A stretch of 64,000 nucleotides of DNA from Octopus sinensis (GCF_006345805.1 NC_043005.1:80848001-80912000), one strand, 5' to 3'; counted from the stretch's first letter, positions 37,164 through 50,592 are shown. Program-made: numbers and translations. Notes: a model not told the origin generated them from the letters alone.

Positions 37164-37861
37164 TGTGTGTGTTTAGACGTCTATATATCTTCAACCAAGA
37201 ATACTGGTTTGGTCAGAAGGCCTGCAAAATGATTTTCTAATGGCGACTTACAAGTCAACTGCAGCGGGAGAAAAAGTGCCAACAGAGTGAACTTCAGAAG
37301 GTTAGATTTAGTATTTTTGCTATGGAGGATGAGAGTTGGTAGAGTGTACAGGAATCAAGATGGCATGAGATAAATGAAACAGAAATCAACTGAGCCGAAG
37401 CAGTTCAACATCAGTTAGTTCTGAGAAGTAAATCAACTGTGTGATTGTAACAATGCCAAGATAAAAGATGCAAAATCTGTAAGACAGAGAAAAATCTATA
37501 TTGGGTAAGTGATATGAGCCTACTGCCCGAGAGGTGTTTCATTGAAATTGGATAGCAACGGCGTCCCTCGTAGGGAAATATTGCTGCAGGTTTTAAGTGA
37601 GTAGGTGTGGTGTGTACACGTGTGGTTATTTTGGTGGATGTAGGGAATGAAGCTGGTAAATACGCACTCTACATCATTCCAAAGACGACAGGTTTCCCTT
37701 GGCTTCAATTACCTAAATCTTTCATATACATGTTCATTGTGGAAAAGAGGCTAACCAACTGCATTGACCACGATCATCTACGATCTAACAACTTTATTCT
37801 GAATTATGGGTAGAGATGTCTGTGCATGTGTGTGTATAATATATATATATATGTGGCCGCG

Positions 37862-38051
37862 TGTGTACCGTTGGTGATTTTTTCCTCTGTGTTCCCTCCA
37901 CTGGATCTTTCCTTCTCCTATGTTTCCGACGAAGAGCTCCGCTCGAAACGTTAAACCCTCCTTTTTCCCTTCTTTCCTGAGCGTCCAATAATACTATATT
38001 TGTTCCACGTCCTCGCGTTGTTGTTCTTTTTGGGTGCTTTCATGTTTGGAT

Positions 38052-38056
<5 letters not shown>
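37862..38056 (+). mobile_element. Solo PLE-type terminal fragment with minimal HHR (37922-37956)
   Basis: GUUU-CCGACGA-A-GAGC-UCC-GCUC-GAAA-CG-UU-AAAC (U4>C); ends in (TA)n. Confidence 0.78.
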
Positions 38057-38110
<54 letters not shown>

Positions 38111-38216
38111 CTGTATTTTTCTCACAATCTTTTTAGGTAGTTTAATCAAATATTTTTAATAAATATCTTTAAAATTTAGGCTGGGGTTCCGAATTCAATT
38201 CCAGGTAGTGCCTTGA

Positions 38217-38251
<35 letters not shown>

Positions 38252-38321
38252 TGATGATAATAACATTAAAAAAATACCTTGAGAATGAGAACCCAGAGCT
38301 CATTCAAAATTCTACCGGGAA

Positions 38322-38361
38322 ACCTGATGACGGCTGGAGAATAAATCAGTCGAAATATCGT
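38322..38361 (+). ncRNA. Minimal HHR-like motif in a short element following (AAT)n
   Basis: AC-CUGAUGA-C-GGCUGG-AGAAUAAA-UCAGUC-GAAA-UA-UC-GU; stem I eroded to 2 bp. Confidence 0.6.
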
Positions 38362-39406
38362 GGTAACATCAAACAAGATGAGGAGCCATATCCGTCCGCT
38401 GTAAATAATGTAAAAAAACTGTATGAGACCCTTGATATGCTCAGGTAGCATCAATATTGCTCTGAATCTCAGGAGGGATCAGTTCTTCCGTGACTCGATG
38501 AGCGGTCTCTTTGCTCCCAGATGAAAAGCTGATTTATGAAAGAACGTATTTATTCTCTGCACATTTTAGTATTACTCCTTGTACACTGCTGATCAAAGTA
38601 TAAAAACTTTTTCTTTGAGTCATAAATATCATCTTACTATACTAACGCTGCTCCAGTTGTTTACAGATATTTCTTGAGGTTGTAATTATTGAAACTTTAA
38701 CGTAACCATAAATCCGGAGAATATTTTAGGAGGACTTCTTACAGACATAACTGTAAATTCAGTTCTCCACGAATATAACATCTGTATGTAGTACAGCCAG
38801 GAATTATGAGCTCAATATATTTTAATTTGATTTCACAAAGTTTTCCTGTTTTTGAATGCTGACATCTGTAAGTTTTGTTTTCAAGAGTTTTTGTCCAAAA
38901 CATAAATACATCCGTACATACATACATACATACATACATACATACATACATACATACATACATACATACATACATACCAACAAACATACAAAATTTCACA
39001 CACATTCATACGCATTTACACACACATGCACACACAAAAAAACACGGTCGAGTGCACGCGCGAACATATATGGAATTTGTGAGTGCCCGTGGTGAAATAG
39101 TTACGATACTGCCTGGAAGATCCTGGTTTCGATTCTCGGATCTGGTGATAGGTTGACGAAAACACTTTATTTCCCATTGCTCACCTTTAGAGCAAACGTG
39201 TGGTACATCATATGCATGTAAAAGAAATGCTAATTTGATGGGCAGAGTGAGATAATGTACAGCGCAGTGAACATGAAGAAAGTCTTTCTGCAGGTTGTTC
39301 AGGAAGAAATTGCAGAACATATACAGATATATTGATATAAATGGTAAGATAAGAATATAATGAAAGAGACCTCGATATTTTGTAAATAGAGGAATTTATC
39401 TCTAAA

Positions 39407-39626
39407 TATAATATGTGACAATTATTCTGTAGCCATGATAAGACTCCGAGTTGCGGATGTCGGGGCGGAAACCCACGCCGCCATCTCTTCAGTTATCCGG
39501 CCATCGGAAAATGCTATGAAAATGACCGTTAAACTGAAGAGATGGTGGCGTTGGTTTTCGACCCGACATCGGACATCCGAAACTCGGAGTTTTATCATGG
39601 CTAGCGAATAAGTGTCGCATATTGTA
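39407..39626. repeat. GC-rich 220-bp imperfect palindrome with an HHR-like motif in each arm
   Basis: ~100-bp arms around a ~17-nt loop; motifs at 39437-39497 (minus) and 39531-39596 (plus). Confidence 0.85.
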
Positions 39627-40759
39627 TATATATATGTTAATAACATTATATTATAAGCTTAAAGCTTATAGAGAACACCGACCAATGACTAAAGGAAATA
39701 GTCTAATAATAGGGCATATGAGCCCACGACAGAAAAAAGCAGGTTTTGCCGGTGATCGCTATAAGCTATACGCTTGTAAAATACTATTATTTACATCATC
39801 GTAAAACTCGACACTGCTTAACAAAACCATTCGCAGTAAAAAAAATATCACATGAAAGTTTCTTTACAAAAACAGCTACGACTTATAGTTCTTAAGTCAG
39901 ACAGAAAAAACGTTGGTAGGTTTGCTAGTGCAATCTGTAGGACACTCGTTCGCGTAAACAAAGAGTAGTGGGATCGAATCGTACAGAAAAACCTATTTTT
40001 CTTCTGTCGAGGTCTCATTTGTCTCATTATTAGACTATTTTCTGTAAGTCATTGCATGGTGATCGCTTTAAGCTTATAAAATACTATTATTTACAGAATT
40101 GTAAATATCGGCATTGCTTAGCAAAATCATTCACAGTAAAATATATATAATAATATGTATGCATGTAAATATATATTTAGGTATGTGTGTATGAATATTT
40201 ATGCATGTATGTGTTTATTCCACATAAAATTTAAAATATTTTGCATAAATATATAATATATGTTTATATATTGACATATATACATACATATGTATATAAT
40301 AAGAGTTATAAAACCTAGGATATTCTCGTATAAAGGAAATAAACATGCAGAATATATAATTTAGATTTTAAAAATGTAAAAATCATAGAAAATAATATGA
40401 CAAATATGTAATTAAAGCATCAAATAAAAATTGCAATAAATAATATGAAACTCTAAATATTACACTTAGTAATTGAATTAAAATATATTCAGAAATTTAC
40501 GAAATAAATAAAGTAATTCTAATTCCTTCCAGTTTTCTTCTACGATTTAAATATAACTGTTAATTTTTAATTATAATTACTTCAAGGTAGATACGAGTTT
40601 ATTTAATGTTTTGCAATCTTTAAATATAATTTATTTGTGTACAGGTGCAAAATACGAAGTATATCGCCTATTCATATTGGAATATAACAAGTTACGCCTG
40701 AGTCTATGCTGTTCCGATTCCTATCTAGATCTATTCAAAAGAGAAAACTATTTTAAATC

Positions 40760-40988
40760 TAGTTATCCCTCGACTATCGCGGTTGTTACGTTCCCAAACT
40801 AACTTGCGACAAGTGGAAATCGAGCGAAGTTGAAACATTATTGTATTGTATATATTTTTTAATTATTTCTATAATTTGTATATATTTTATTATAAATGCA
40901 AAAAAAAGGAATCGACGAAAGCTTATATAATAAACTGCAATAGGTGAACTGCGATAGGTGAACCACGATATGGCGCGGGATTGCTGTA
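40760..40988 (-). mobile_element. Tigger/pogo-like MITE, second copy
   Basis: Reverse-complement homolog of 26946-27169; ends GGGATTGCTG+TA. Confidence 0.75.
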
Positions 40989-41040
40989 AATTAATATAGA
41001 ACCTGCTAATGTATGTTGTGTGTGTGTATCATTATCTCTT

Positions 41041-41448
41041 TTACTCCTTTACTTGTTTCAGTCATTTGACTGTGGCCATGCTGGAGCACCGCCTTTAATC
41101 GAGCAACTCGACACCGGGACTTATTCTTTGTAAGCCCAGTACTTATTCTATCGGTCTCTTTTGCCGAACCGCTAGGTAACGGGGACATAAACACACCAGC
41201 ATCGGTTGTCAAGCAATGCTAGGGGGACAAACACAGACACACAAACACACACACGCATATATATATATATATACATACATATATACAACGGGCTTCTTTC
41301 AGTTTCCGTCTACCAAATCCACTCACAAGGCTTTGGTCGGCCCGAGTCTATAGTAGAAGACACTTGCCCAAGGTGCCACGCAGTGGGACTGAACCCGGAA
41401 CCATGTGGTTGGTAAACAAGCTACTTACCAAACAGCCACTCCTGCGCC
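41041..41448 (-). mobile_element. Full SINE family B
   Basis: Head with TGGCTGTTTGG and GGTTCAGTCCC boxes, internal microsatellite, complete tail. Confidence 0.92.
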
Positions 41449-41575
41449 TATCTGTACATTATATTTGATTATTTGACTTCGACAGCGTGCCATGAGATTT
41501 AGGCATATTACATTAAGTTATATCCATGGATGAGCTGAAACATATGTATTAGGCAGTTAATATTTACATATTAAG

Positions 41576-42320
41576 ACGGCGAGCTGGCAGAAAGTTTAGC
41601 ACACAGAGCAAAAAGCTTAGCAGTATTTCGTCTGCCGCTACGTTCTGAGTTCAAATTACGCCGAGATCGACTTTGCCTTTCATCCTTTCGGGGTCGATGA
41701 AATAAGTACCAGTTATAGACTGAGTCGATATAATCGACTTAATCCGTTTGTGTTTTCTACTCTAGGCACAAGGTCCGAAATTCTTGGGGAGGGGGCCAGG
41801 CGATTAGATCGACCCAGTACACAACTGGTACTTAATTTTTCAACCCCGAAAGGATGAAAGGCAAAGTTGACTTCAGCGGAATTCATACTCAGAACGTAAA
41901 GACAGGCAAAATATATATTTCTTTACTACTCACAAGTGGCTAAACACAGAGAGAACAAGGACAGACAAACGGATTAAGTAGATTATATCGACTCAAGTGC
42001 GTAACTGATACTTATTTAATCAACCCTGAAAGGATAAGAGGCAAAGTTGACGTCGGCGGAATTTGAACTCAGAACGTAACGGCAGACGAAATACGGCTAC
42101 GCATTTCACCCGGCTTACTAACGATTTTGCCAGCTCGCCGCCTTTCAGTTCTTACTTATTATAATCAGTTTGTCCACCTTCAATCACGTGGGGTGTTCAA
42201 GATTCTCTCATAACACTTAGCCTTTCATCCCTTCGTATTCGATGAAATAAAGCGTCAAACGGTTACTGGAGTCGATGTAATCGATCTGTCCCCTTCCCTT
42301 AAAATTGCCGGCCTTGCACA
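41576..42320. mobile_element. Cluster of SINE A / A-variant copies in both orientations
   Basis: Plus 41576-41745, minus 41754-41905, minus 41935-42143, plus tail 42220-42320. Confidence 0.85.
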
Positions 42321-43354
42321 CTGTAAAGGACTGGGGTTTTATTCAAGTGGAATGTTATGATCTCTGCAACTTAAACTCTACAGAAACCGAGCAACCGGCC
42401 TTAGGAATCCTAGGGCTCAAAATTAAATTCCTCTCTTAGAAATCAATACATTTCATGCTATGCAGTGATCGGTTACATTGCAGTTTATCGACACTAAAAA
42501 AACATTATTTAAAATGGATTTCCTTTTTTAAAAAATGTTTATGTCATGTAGAACTAAGAAAGCGATAATTTAAAATAATTTCCCATGAGAACATCAAAAT
42601 ATTTATTTGTAGCTCAGCCTAACTATAACGAACTTTTGTGTCCCTCAGACCCATTTTATTAGGTTTATAATTTGTTGCAACTTCATATTGATTTGCTCGT
42701 ATTTTTCTAAATTATTATATCATAATTTAAGTGAGACTAGAACGGAAGACGGGATTTTTCCAAATTGTTTTTTTATAGCAAATATAGCCATGGAGAATCT
42801 AATTAATATCAACCTCAGGGAAAGAGAAGTAGTATCACTTCCTGCTTTTATCTTCCTAAGGGTTTATTGGACATTTATAAACATTAATTTGAGAAACGTA
42901 AAGAAAAAAAAAATGAAACAGGATCAGTGTGTGATTTCTTCACATTCAGTGTCTGAGAAGTTTTATTAATATCATCGATATTTCTTCGTGTTTTTTAAAT
43001 TGCTTAAACCTTGTTCATTTGATTTACGTCAATGTAATACACTACTTAATTAATAGATTAGTTTTACAAAATGTGTTTTACCATCAGTTTCACCAAAGCG
43101 TTCTTGTTATTGATTAGCCACAAGTCAGACCTGTTCAAGCATACATATTCAAAGATCAAACGCATTCTAATCAAACACAATCTCGTTTTTCTTTCGGGTT
43201 AAGTAAACTATATCTAAAACAACGTTATACAATGTTTTCGTTTCTAAGACGGATAGAAGTTTTTGGTAATTTGGCGATAGATTCTCTCTGATCAAATTAT
43301 TAAGTAACAACTTTCTAATTCAATCGACGCTAACAAACATATATATAATATCGT

Positions 43355-43700
43355 TTCTACTATAGGAACAAGGCCTGATATTTTTGCAATATGGGCCAGT
43401 CGATTACATTGACGTCAGTGGAGTGTGAACTCGGAACGTAAGCCAGGAAAAAATTTCGCTAAGCATTTTATTCACCGTGTCAATGATTCTGCCAAGCTAA
43501 CCCGATGTAATAATGGGTCCATATTTTAGGATAGGGCCAACAAGTTCGGGGGTAGAGTTAAGTCGATTACAACGTTCCCAGTGTACAGTTAGAGCTTATT
43601 TTATCGAACCCGAGACGATGAAAGGCGAAGTCAACCTCGGCGGAATTTGAACTCGGCGGAATTTGAACTCGGCGGAATACAAAGACGGACGAAATATCGC
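43355..43700 (-). mobile_element. Two degraded SINE A-variant copies
   Basis: Family motifs present; AACTCGGCGGAATTTG slipped three times at ~43635-43680. Confidence 0.7.
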
Positions 43701-44344
43701 TACGCGTGCAAACGCATCAACCACTTTGTCGTCTTACAGGGAACAGGTGTAATGTCAGCAAAGTTTTATATTCCCAATACACTATTGCATGCACCTTGTC
43801 GGTGTAGTAAGATCAAATACTCAGTTTCAGAACCTATAAATTAATTAGCAGCCAAGTACTAATATCGATTATCAAAGCAGATAACAAAACAACAAAAAGT
43901 ATCCCTTCCACAAAATGGATTAGAAGTCACCAGCTTTGGACATTATGTTGTTTGGTTAGATATGTAATAAACAACGTAGAGGAGACGGTTTTAATTTTGT
44001 GACAGAATGTACAGCTTCTAATTAAACAATATTCAAAATGAATTTTGTAGTTTACCGTGGTAGGTAACCAACACGTTGAGAAAATTTAAGAACATGAGAT
44101 TCTTTCTACATGATAACAAGAACCACCTGTGCCATTCATTAAGATTCCGACAACCACCACTAGGGCCACTACCACCAACACCACCGCCACTACCTCCAGA
44201 GCCACCACAACCACCAGCATACCACCAGCACACCACCATCACGATAAGTAGCGACAAAGAGATGACAGCAACAATAACAACAATATTGATGATGGTAATG
44301 ACGATGATAGTAGCAACAGCAACAAAAAAAATCCTTTCTGCTAT

Positions 44345-44555
44345 AAGCACAAGGCCTGAAGTCTTTTTGTTTTTGTTGGGGTGGACTAGTCGATTACATC
44401 GACCCTAGAATTTCAATAGTACTTAATTTATCGACGCCGAAACGATGAAATTCAATGTCGAGCTCGGCGGAATTTGAAATCAGAACGTAGTGGCAGACGA
44501 AATACTGCTAAGCATTTCGCCCAGCGTGATAACAATTCTGCCAGCTCACCGCCTT
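44345..44555 (-). mobile_element. SINE A-variant
   Basis: Matches 20049-20260. Confidence 0.82.
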
Positions 44556-44559
44556 AATA

Positions 44560-44600
<41 letters not shown>

Positions 44601-44643
44601 CATAATCATAATCATAATAATGATAATGATAATGATAATCATA

Positions 44644-44732
<89 letters not shown>

Positions 44733-44772
44733 CATAATAATAATAATAATCATAATATAATAATAATAATAA
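44556..44772. repeat. (AAT)n with GAT/CAT variants
   Basis: Visible run. Confidence 0.95.
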
Positions 44773-45155
44773 TAAGCGTGGACCATATAGAAACTGAAAT
44801 CCATAGTACCGATTCAAAGGAAAGTACCATTCTATATTGCACGAAAATCTTTCCAAGGATTCTTGAGTTCTCAGAAGACTCGTTGTCACCAGAACTCAAC
44901 TTAACACTTCTGGAAATTAAATTAACAAGTAATAACTTTCCTATAATAATAAGTACAATCTCGATACTGAAGGCAATTTTAAGCAATTCATTCATACTTA
45001 CGAATTCTGAACACTCAAATGTTGATTACAAAGTGTGTGCGGCAGGATAAATAGATTACATAAAAAGAGAGATGTAAAGCACTTTACATAACATACAACA
45101 GCGGGGGTTTGGAATTTATTGAAGACATAAGAATAACTTCATACATTAACTAGAA

Positions 45156-45300
45156 TACGAGGGGGTGCTGAAAAGTTCCTGGCCTTCAGGGTGTCGCGTA
45201 AAGTGTGGTTGGAGGCCCAAACTTCCGAGTTCTTTTACAGGGCTTAGGAAAACTGAAGGACAGCTGCAATAATGGGTGAAGCTGGGAGCGGAATATTATT
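45156..45300 (+). mobile_element. Non-autonomous mariner derivative, 3' end truncated by a SINE B remnant
   Basis: TACGAGGGGGTGCTGAAAAGTTCCTGG start; same family as 9093. Confidence 0.75.
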
Positions 45301-45988
45301 TCATTGTGATATTCTTTTACTTGTTTCAGTCATGTGACTGCGGCCATACTGAAACAAATTGACAAAATTCTTTGTACGCCTAGTACTTATTGTATCGACT
45401 CTTTTGCCGAACCGCTATGTTACGAGGACATAAACGCACCAACATCTGTTGTCGAGTGATGGTGGAGGAGAGAACAAATACAGAAACACAAATACATACA
45501 TATGTATACACGAAGGGCTTCTTTCAGTTTCCGTCTACCAAATCCACCTGCAGAAAAAATTTTCTTCTCCATCCGGCACAGTGTAGGCGCAGGGCTTGAT
45601 ACTTGGGTATTCGGCTAACGATCGTAAGGTTGTCAGTTCGATTCCAGTTGGCGCGTTGCGTCCTTGACCGTGATATTTTATTTCATGCTGATCCAGTTCA
45701 TTTCACTGGCAAAAATGAGTAATACATGTAATTCAAAAGGCAAGCTTCGTCATATTGTGTGTCACAATGAATTTCCCTGAAAACTGCATTAAGTGTATGT
45801 CTGTGTGTGGAGTTCTCAGCCACTTGCACGGTAATTTCACAAGAAGGCTGTTCCGTTGATCGGATCTACAGGAAGTTTGGGCGTTATAACCGATGGAGTT
45901 CAGTAACCGGCACACAATCCCATACTAGCCACACCCGGGTGAGTGCGACATGTCCGTCGCTCTCTTCTTTACATTCTAGTGCTGCATA

Positions 45989-46154
45989 GGCGCAGGAGTG
46001 GCTGTGTGGTAAGTAGCTTGTTTACCAACCACATGGTTCCGGGTTCAGTCCCACTGCGTGGCACCTTGGGCAAGTGTCTTCTACTATAGCCTCGGGCCGA
46101 CCAAAGCCTTGTGAGTGGATTTGCTATACGTAAACTGAAAAGAAGCCTGTCGTA

Positions 46155-46204
<50 letters not shown>

Positions 46205-46426
46205 TGTGTGTGTTTGTGTGTCTGTGTTTGTCCCCCTAGCATTGCTTGACAACCGATGCTGGTGTGTTTATGTCCCCGTTACTTAGCGGTTCGGCGAAAG
46301 AGACCGATAGAATAAGTACTGGGCTTACAAAAGAATAAGTCCCGGGGTCGAGTTGCTCGATTAAAGGCGGTGCTCCAGCATGGCCGCAGTCAAATGACTG
46401 AAACAAGTAAGAGAGTAAGAGAGAGT
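45989..46426 (+). mobile_element. Full SINE family B
   Basis: A box TGGCTGTGTGG, B box GGTTCAGTCCC, internal (TA)(TG), tail GCGGTGCTCCAGCATGGCCGCAGTC...(AAGAGAGT)n. Confidence 0.93.
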
Positions 46427-47639
46427 ATACCGTTGTTTAGCAGACAGCAGAACTTTCTGAGAATTGAAGTTTCTCCATATGATGTTCACTTTCCTTTTGT
46501 CTTTGCTACTCCTCAGCGTATATGCATAGCAAATCGGCTTTTCATCTTGATCTAACAGTATAATTCGTGTACTCCAACGCACTTGCTAGCAGAGCGTCCC
46601 GACATACTTCTTTGACCTTCGAAGACCATTGCATAGACAGTGAGATACCAGACAAACGTATGTTTCGCCACCCACTGTAAGCTCTTTGTTCGACACTTTT
46701 GTATACGAAATATGGCAGTCCGGATTCTCACCTCAACTATTTTTACTTGAAGAAAATAGTGAAAGAGAAAATTGAAGATGTTTTTATGGTGCTACAAACA
46801 ATCACTCTGCTTTATGTCAATCAAAATTATATATGTCAACAGAAGCATAATGTTATCTTAGCAACCGTTATTTTGTATTTTATGACAGTTGCAATTCCTC
46901 TGCTTTACTAATAAGTTGAAACGTGTATTGGAGAGAACGGAAGACAATGTTCTTGATATGATGGTGAAGTGTGTAATGCGCTGCTACACATTAATTAAAG
47001 TTAAATTTGCAATTCTAGAGTGGAAAACCTGTAAACCATTACAAGATATATTCAAAAGCGTTTGACATCGATGTATCAGAAAATAATATGTATTCATTTT
47101 ATGTTTAATCCAAAGTTGTAAATTTAAAAACCATAAGCAATTTAAAAGGAACCCCAGTGTATTTCTGATCCTTATTTTTCCAATATTTCTTAGAAGAATG
47201 TCATCATCAGCAATGTATTATTTTATTTTGCTCTCATTTTCAGGAGTCTCACGACGCTGAAACATTATCATCAGTGGTTTGTTATAAAATTCTATTAAAC
47301 AGACCCCATGGCCTGATATTCGTATTATTGATCGTCAGTAATACATAATTTATATTGAATTACACAGCCCTTAAAGTAGACAGGGATGTTTCTCTACGTT
47401 TTATGTTTTTCTCAAATCAACATCCTAAATATGTTAGACATGAGGAAAAGCCACGCACTTTTGAGAAGAGGTCTACCACATAAAGTCTGCCACGTAAGGA
47501 ATGAAATGAGATTTAACAACTAAAGGAACAGCTCGCAACCGAAAAATAAGTATTACAGAAGGCAACACTAATGAGCAAATATAATTATAATTATCACGAT
47601 TAACACCGTTACCATCTTCATAAAACTTCATCATGATCA

Positions 47640-47835
47640 TAATCCTAACTACCACCATCAATATCACCACCACCACTACCCCATCATCATCATCTTCGTC
47701 ATCATCGTCATAGTTGTCATTGTCATCATCATCATCATTATCATCATCATTATTGTCATCATCATCATTAACAGCATCATCATTGTCATCATAATCATGA
47801 TCATCATCATCGTAATCATCATCACTATCATCATA
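47640..47835. repeat. (CAT)n microsatellite
   Basis: Visible run. Confidence 0.93.
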
Positions 47836-48149
47836 GAAGCATACTCAACAACAATAATATCACCGTGAAAAACAGTAAAAAAAAACATCAACGCGACAAC
47901 ATTACAAAAAATTCAAGATGAAGAACAACAGCCAATACAGTGGGATGAACATGAGGACCGGACGGACGAGAGATGGTGTAAAAAAAATGACCGAGAACAA
48001 ATGTAGACACAGAACAACGGAAGGAACTGGAAATCAGAAAATAACAAAAACAAACGTGAACACATGTATGTTATTTAACGAAAGAAAAAAATCAATGACA
48101 GTTACGTTAATATGGACGAAAGACATAAACAAAACGTAATGCGAAGTGA

Positions 48150-48282
48150 AGCAATACGAAATATATATAAATATATAATATATACATATATATGCGTGTG
48201 TGTATATATATATAAGCATATATATTTATTTATACATATGGATATATATATATATATATATATATACAAATATATAGGTATA

Positions 48283-48318
<36 letters not shown>

Positions 48319-48355
48319 CAAATATATAGGTATATATATATATACAAATATATAT

Positions 48356-48420
<65 letters not shown>

Positions 48421-48573
48421 ATATATATATACATCCATACATATGTTCACACATTATATATACGCATATATATACACACATATATGAATATATGCATATA
48501 TATTTATATGCATATATATGTATCGATATTTATATATGTATATATGTAAGATATGTATATATGTATGTAAGTT

Positions 48574-48609
<36 letters not shown>

Positions 48610-48712
48610 GATATACATATACATAATTTATTTATATATATATAGATATCTTAATATATGTGTGTGTGTGTGTGTGTGTTTTTGTGTATGTATGTGTGTG
48701 TGTGTATGTGCT
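48150..48712. repeat. Compound (TA)n/(TG)n microsatellite
   Basis: Visible runs. Confidence 0.93.
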
Positions 48713-49073
48713 TAGACAAGTATACAGAGAAGAGGAAATTCCAACAATGGCAACAATATTAAAAATAAGCAGAATATCTCATACAATAAATAAACGGCAG
48801 TACAACATAAAAAAAAGAACGTCTGTTCTCTTTTGTAATGATACATAGAAAATAACAATACTGGCAATAACATGAAGGAAGTCACAAATACATAAAACCG
48901 AAAAGAATAAACAAAAGTTAAATGAAAAGAAAAAGGAGGTATTGATCAGTTATAATATCCTAAGCAAAACCAATGGAAGTAATAACAAGCGAAAACAACA
49001 TCTTCACCATTAACAATGAACAACAACACATAGTTCACTATAAGACAACGATCAAACGGACGTATATATATAT

Positions 49074-49108
<35 letters not shown>

Positions 49109-49249
49109 GATCGAATGGACGTGTATATACAAATATATATATATGTAAGTATGTATAAATGTATGTATGTATATTTAACGTAAATGTCTCGAACGATGAA
49201 AATGAGTGCTCAGCGCCGCATTGGTGGATATAATTTCTTTATCTGGGAA

Positions 49250-50165
49250 TTTAGGTTACCATTGATTTCATATTTAGAAAAAGTAGGAATATATCCTAAT
49301 GTCTTAAGAATTATTCAAGCCGATCTCATGAAGAAATGTTTTCAGCTACATTTCGGGAAACGTATTCTCGTTAAATTCGCGGAGATCCTAGTAAAATTTC
49401 GTGAATAAAAGAACGAATCAAGCGACATTGTTCTTTGGTGACATCTTTGAATGTCTGTCTCCCTTGGATTTGTCTTTTGGGCAAACTCTTGTGAAGTCAA
49501 TTTGTTTGCATTATTTTGCTTTTGCTGTGGGTGTGCCGAGGTAGTTCGTCATTGGGGCATGTTCCTTTTGTAGGTTGGATTTTTGTGAGCTATGTTTGTA
49601 CAGATTTCGCGTTCAGGACATACCTAGTGAGATTAACGTCGCAGATGATGGCTCTTCTTTGAAGTATTTTAGTGTAAAATATTGCTTGTGTATTCAGAGA
49701 AAGAAGGCTTCATCCCAATATTGAGAACGTTATTGGTTGATTATATGATGTTTAGTTTTTCAGTAATGCAGTGTTCACATCTAGTACCACGTCCTCTCTA
49801 TGTTTTAGCTTCAGTTAAAATTTCCATTCTATCTGGAGACTGCTTATTCCATCTTTCAATCCCCATATTAAATTAGTCAGGGATTTTTGAATGTTTTTTT
49901 ATATAGTTTTGTCTTTGAATGACCCAAGGTGCTGAGTATATCTTCCCTTGAACGAGTTGCCCCTCATTCCAATATACGTCTTTGCTATTCCGTTGGCGTC
50001 CGTGATCTTGGCCTTGTATACGACTTCTTTCTCGTGACAGTTGTTGTTTAGAGAGCAGCAATTTTCTGGATGAAGAGTTGCATTGTCTTTCGGGAGTGAT
50101 TCTTGCGTGTTTGTATTTAAGGTGATTCCTACTTCTCTTAATATGAAACGAACAGTATCCTTAAG
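49250..50165 (-). mobile_element. Decayed 3' half of a second, unrelated PLE (GIY-YIG + 3'UTR)
   Basis: C..NNNC.EKEVVYKAKIT..KTYIGM..FKGRYTQHLGSFK, then IWGLKD..IEWKIL..RCEHCITEKLNI across frameshifts. Confidence 0.8.
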
Positions 50166-50292
50166 TGACAATATATATATATATATGTGTGTATGTATGT
50201 GTGCGTGTGTACGTATGTATATGCATATACATGCATAATATATTTATATATGTATATACGCATACATACGAACACATATATATATAGGAATG

Positions 50293-50343
<51 letters not shown>

Positions 50344-50354
50344 TATATTATATT

Positions 50355-50494
50355 AGAGATAAAACCACTATTAGGCAAATCATACAATGAAAAACTTAAG
50401 CCAATACATAAGATTAATTAATTTATATTATTTTAAATATATATCAAAATTATTAAAAAAAGATAATTAGTATAACACTACGATCGTTTCGTGG
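50355..50494 (-). mobile_element. PLE-type tail starting in the 3' half of an HHR
   Basis: GAAAC-GAUC-GUA-GUG at 50490-50476, followed by an AT-rich tail; (TA)n on both sides. Confidence 0.45.
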
Positions 50495-50554
50495 ATATAT
50501 ATATATATAAAATTATGTATCTATGCACGTGTATATATATATATACATACGTAC

Positions 50555-50592
<38 letters not shown>

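Noticed and set aside
39751-40145. Diverged ~95-bp direct repeats resembling mini-LTRs
   Set aside because: No TG..CA ends, PBS, PPT or HHR; most likely an old tandem duplication.
44490-45050. 186-aa ORF with poly-Asn
   Set aside because: Built from a SINE antisense head, (AAT)n and flanking DNA, and starts at GTG; not a plausible gene.
47244-47333. Plus-strand 90-nt open exon candidate with a strong acceptor
   Set aside because: Isolated, with no partner exons or recognisable protein; needs RNA-seq.
49326-49370. Hairpin followed by GAAACGUA near the second PLE 3' end
   Set aside because: It is antisense to the ORF, the core does not match, and stem I cannot pair.
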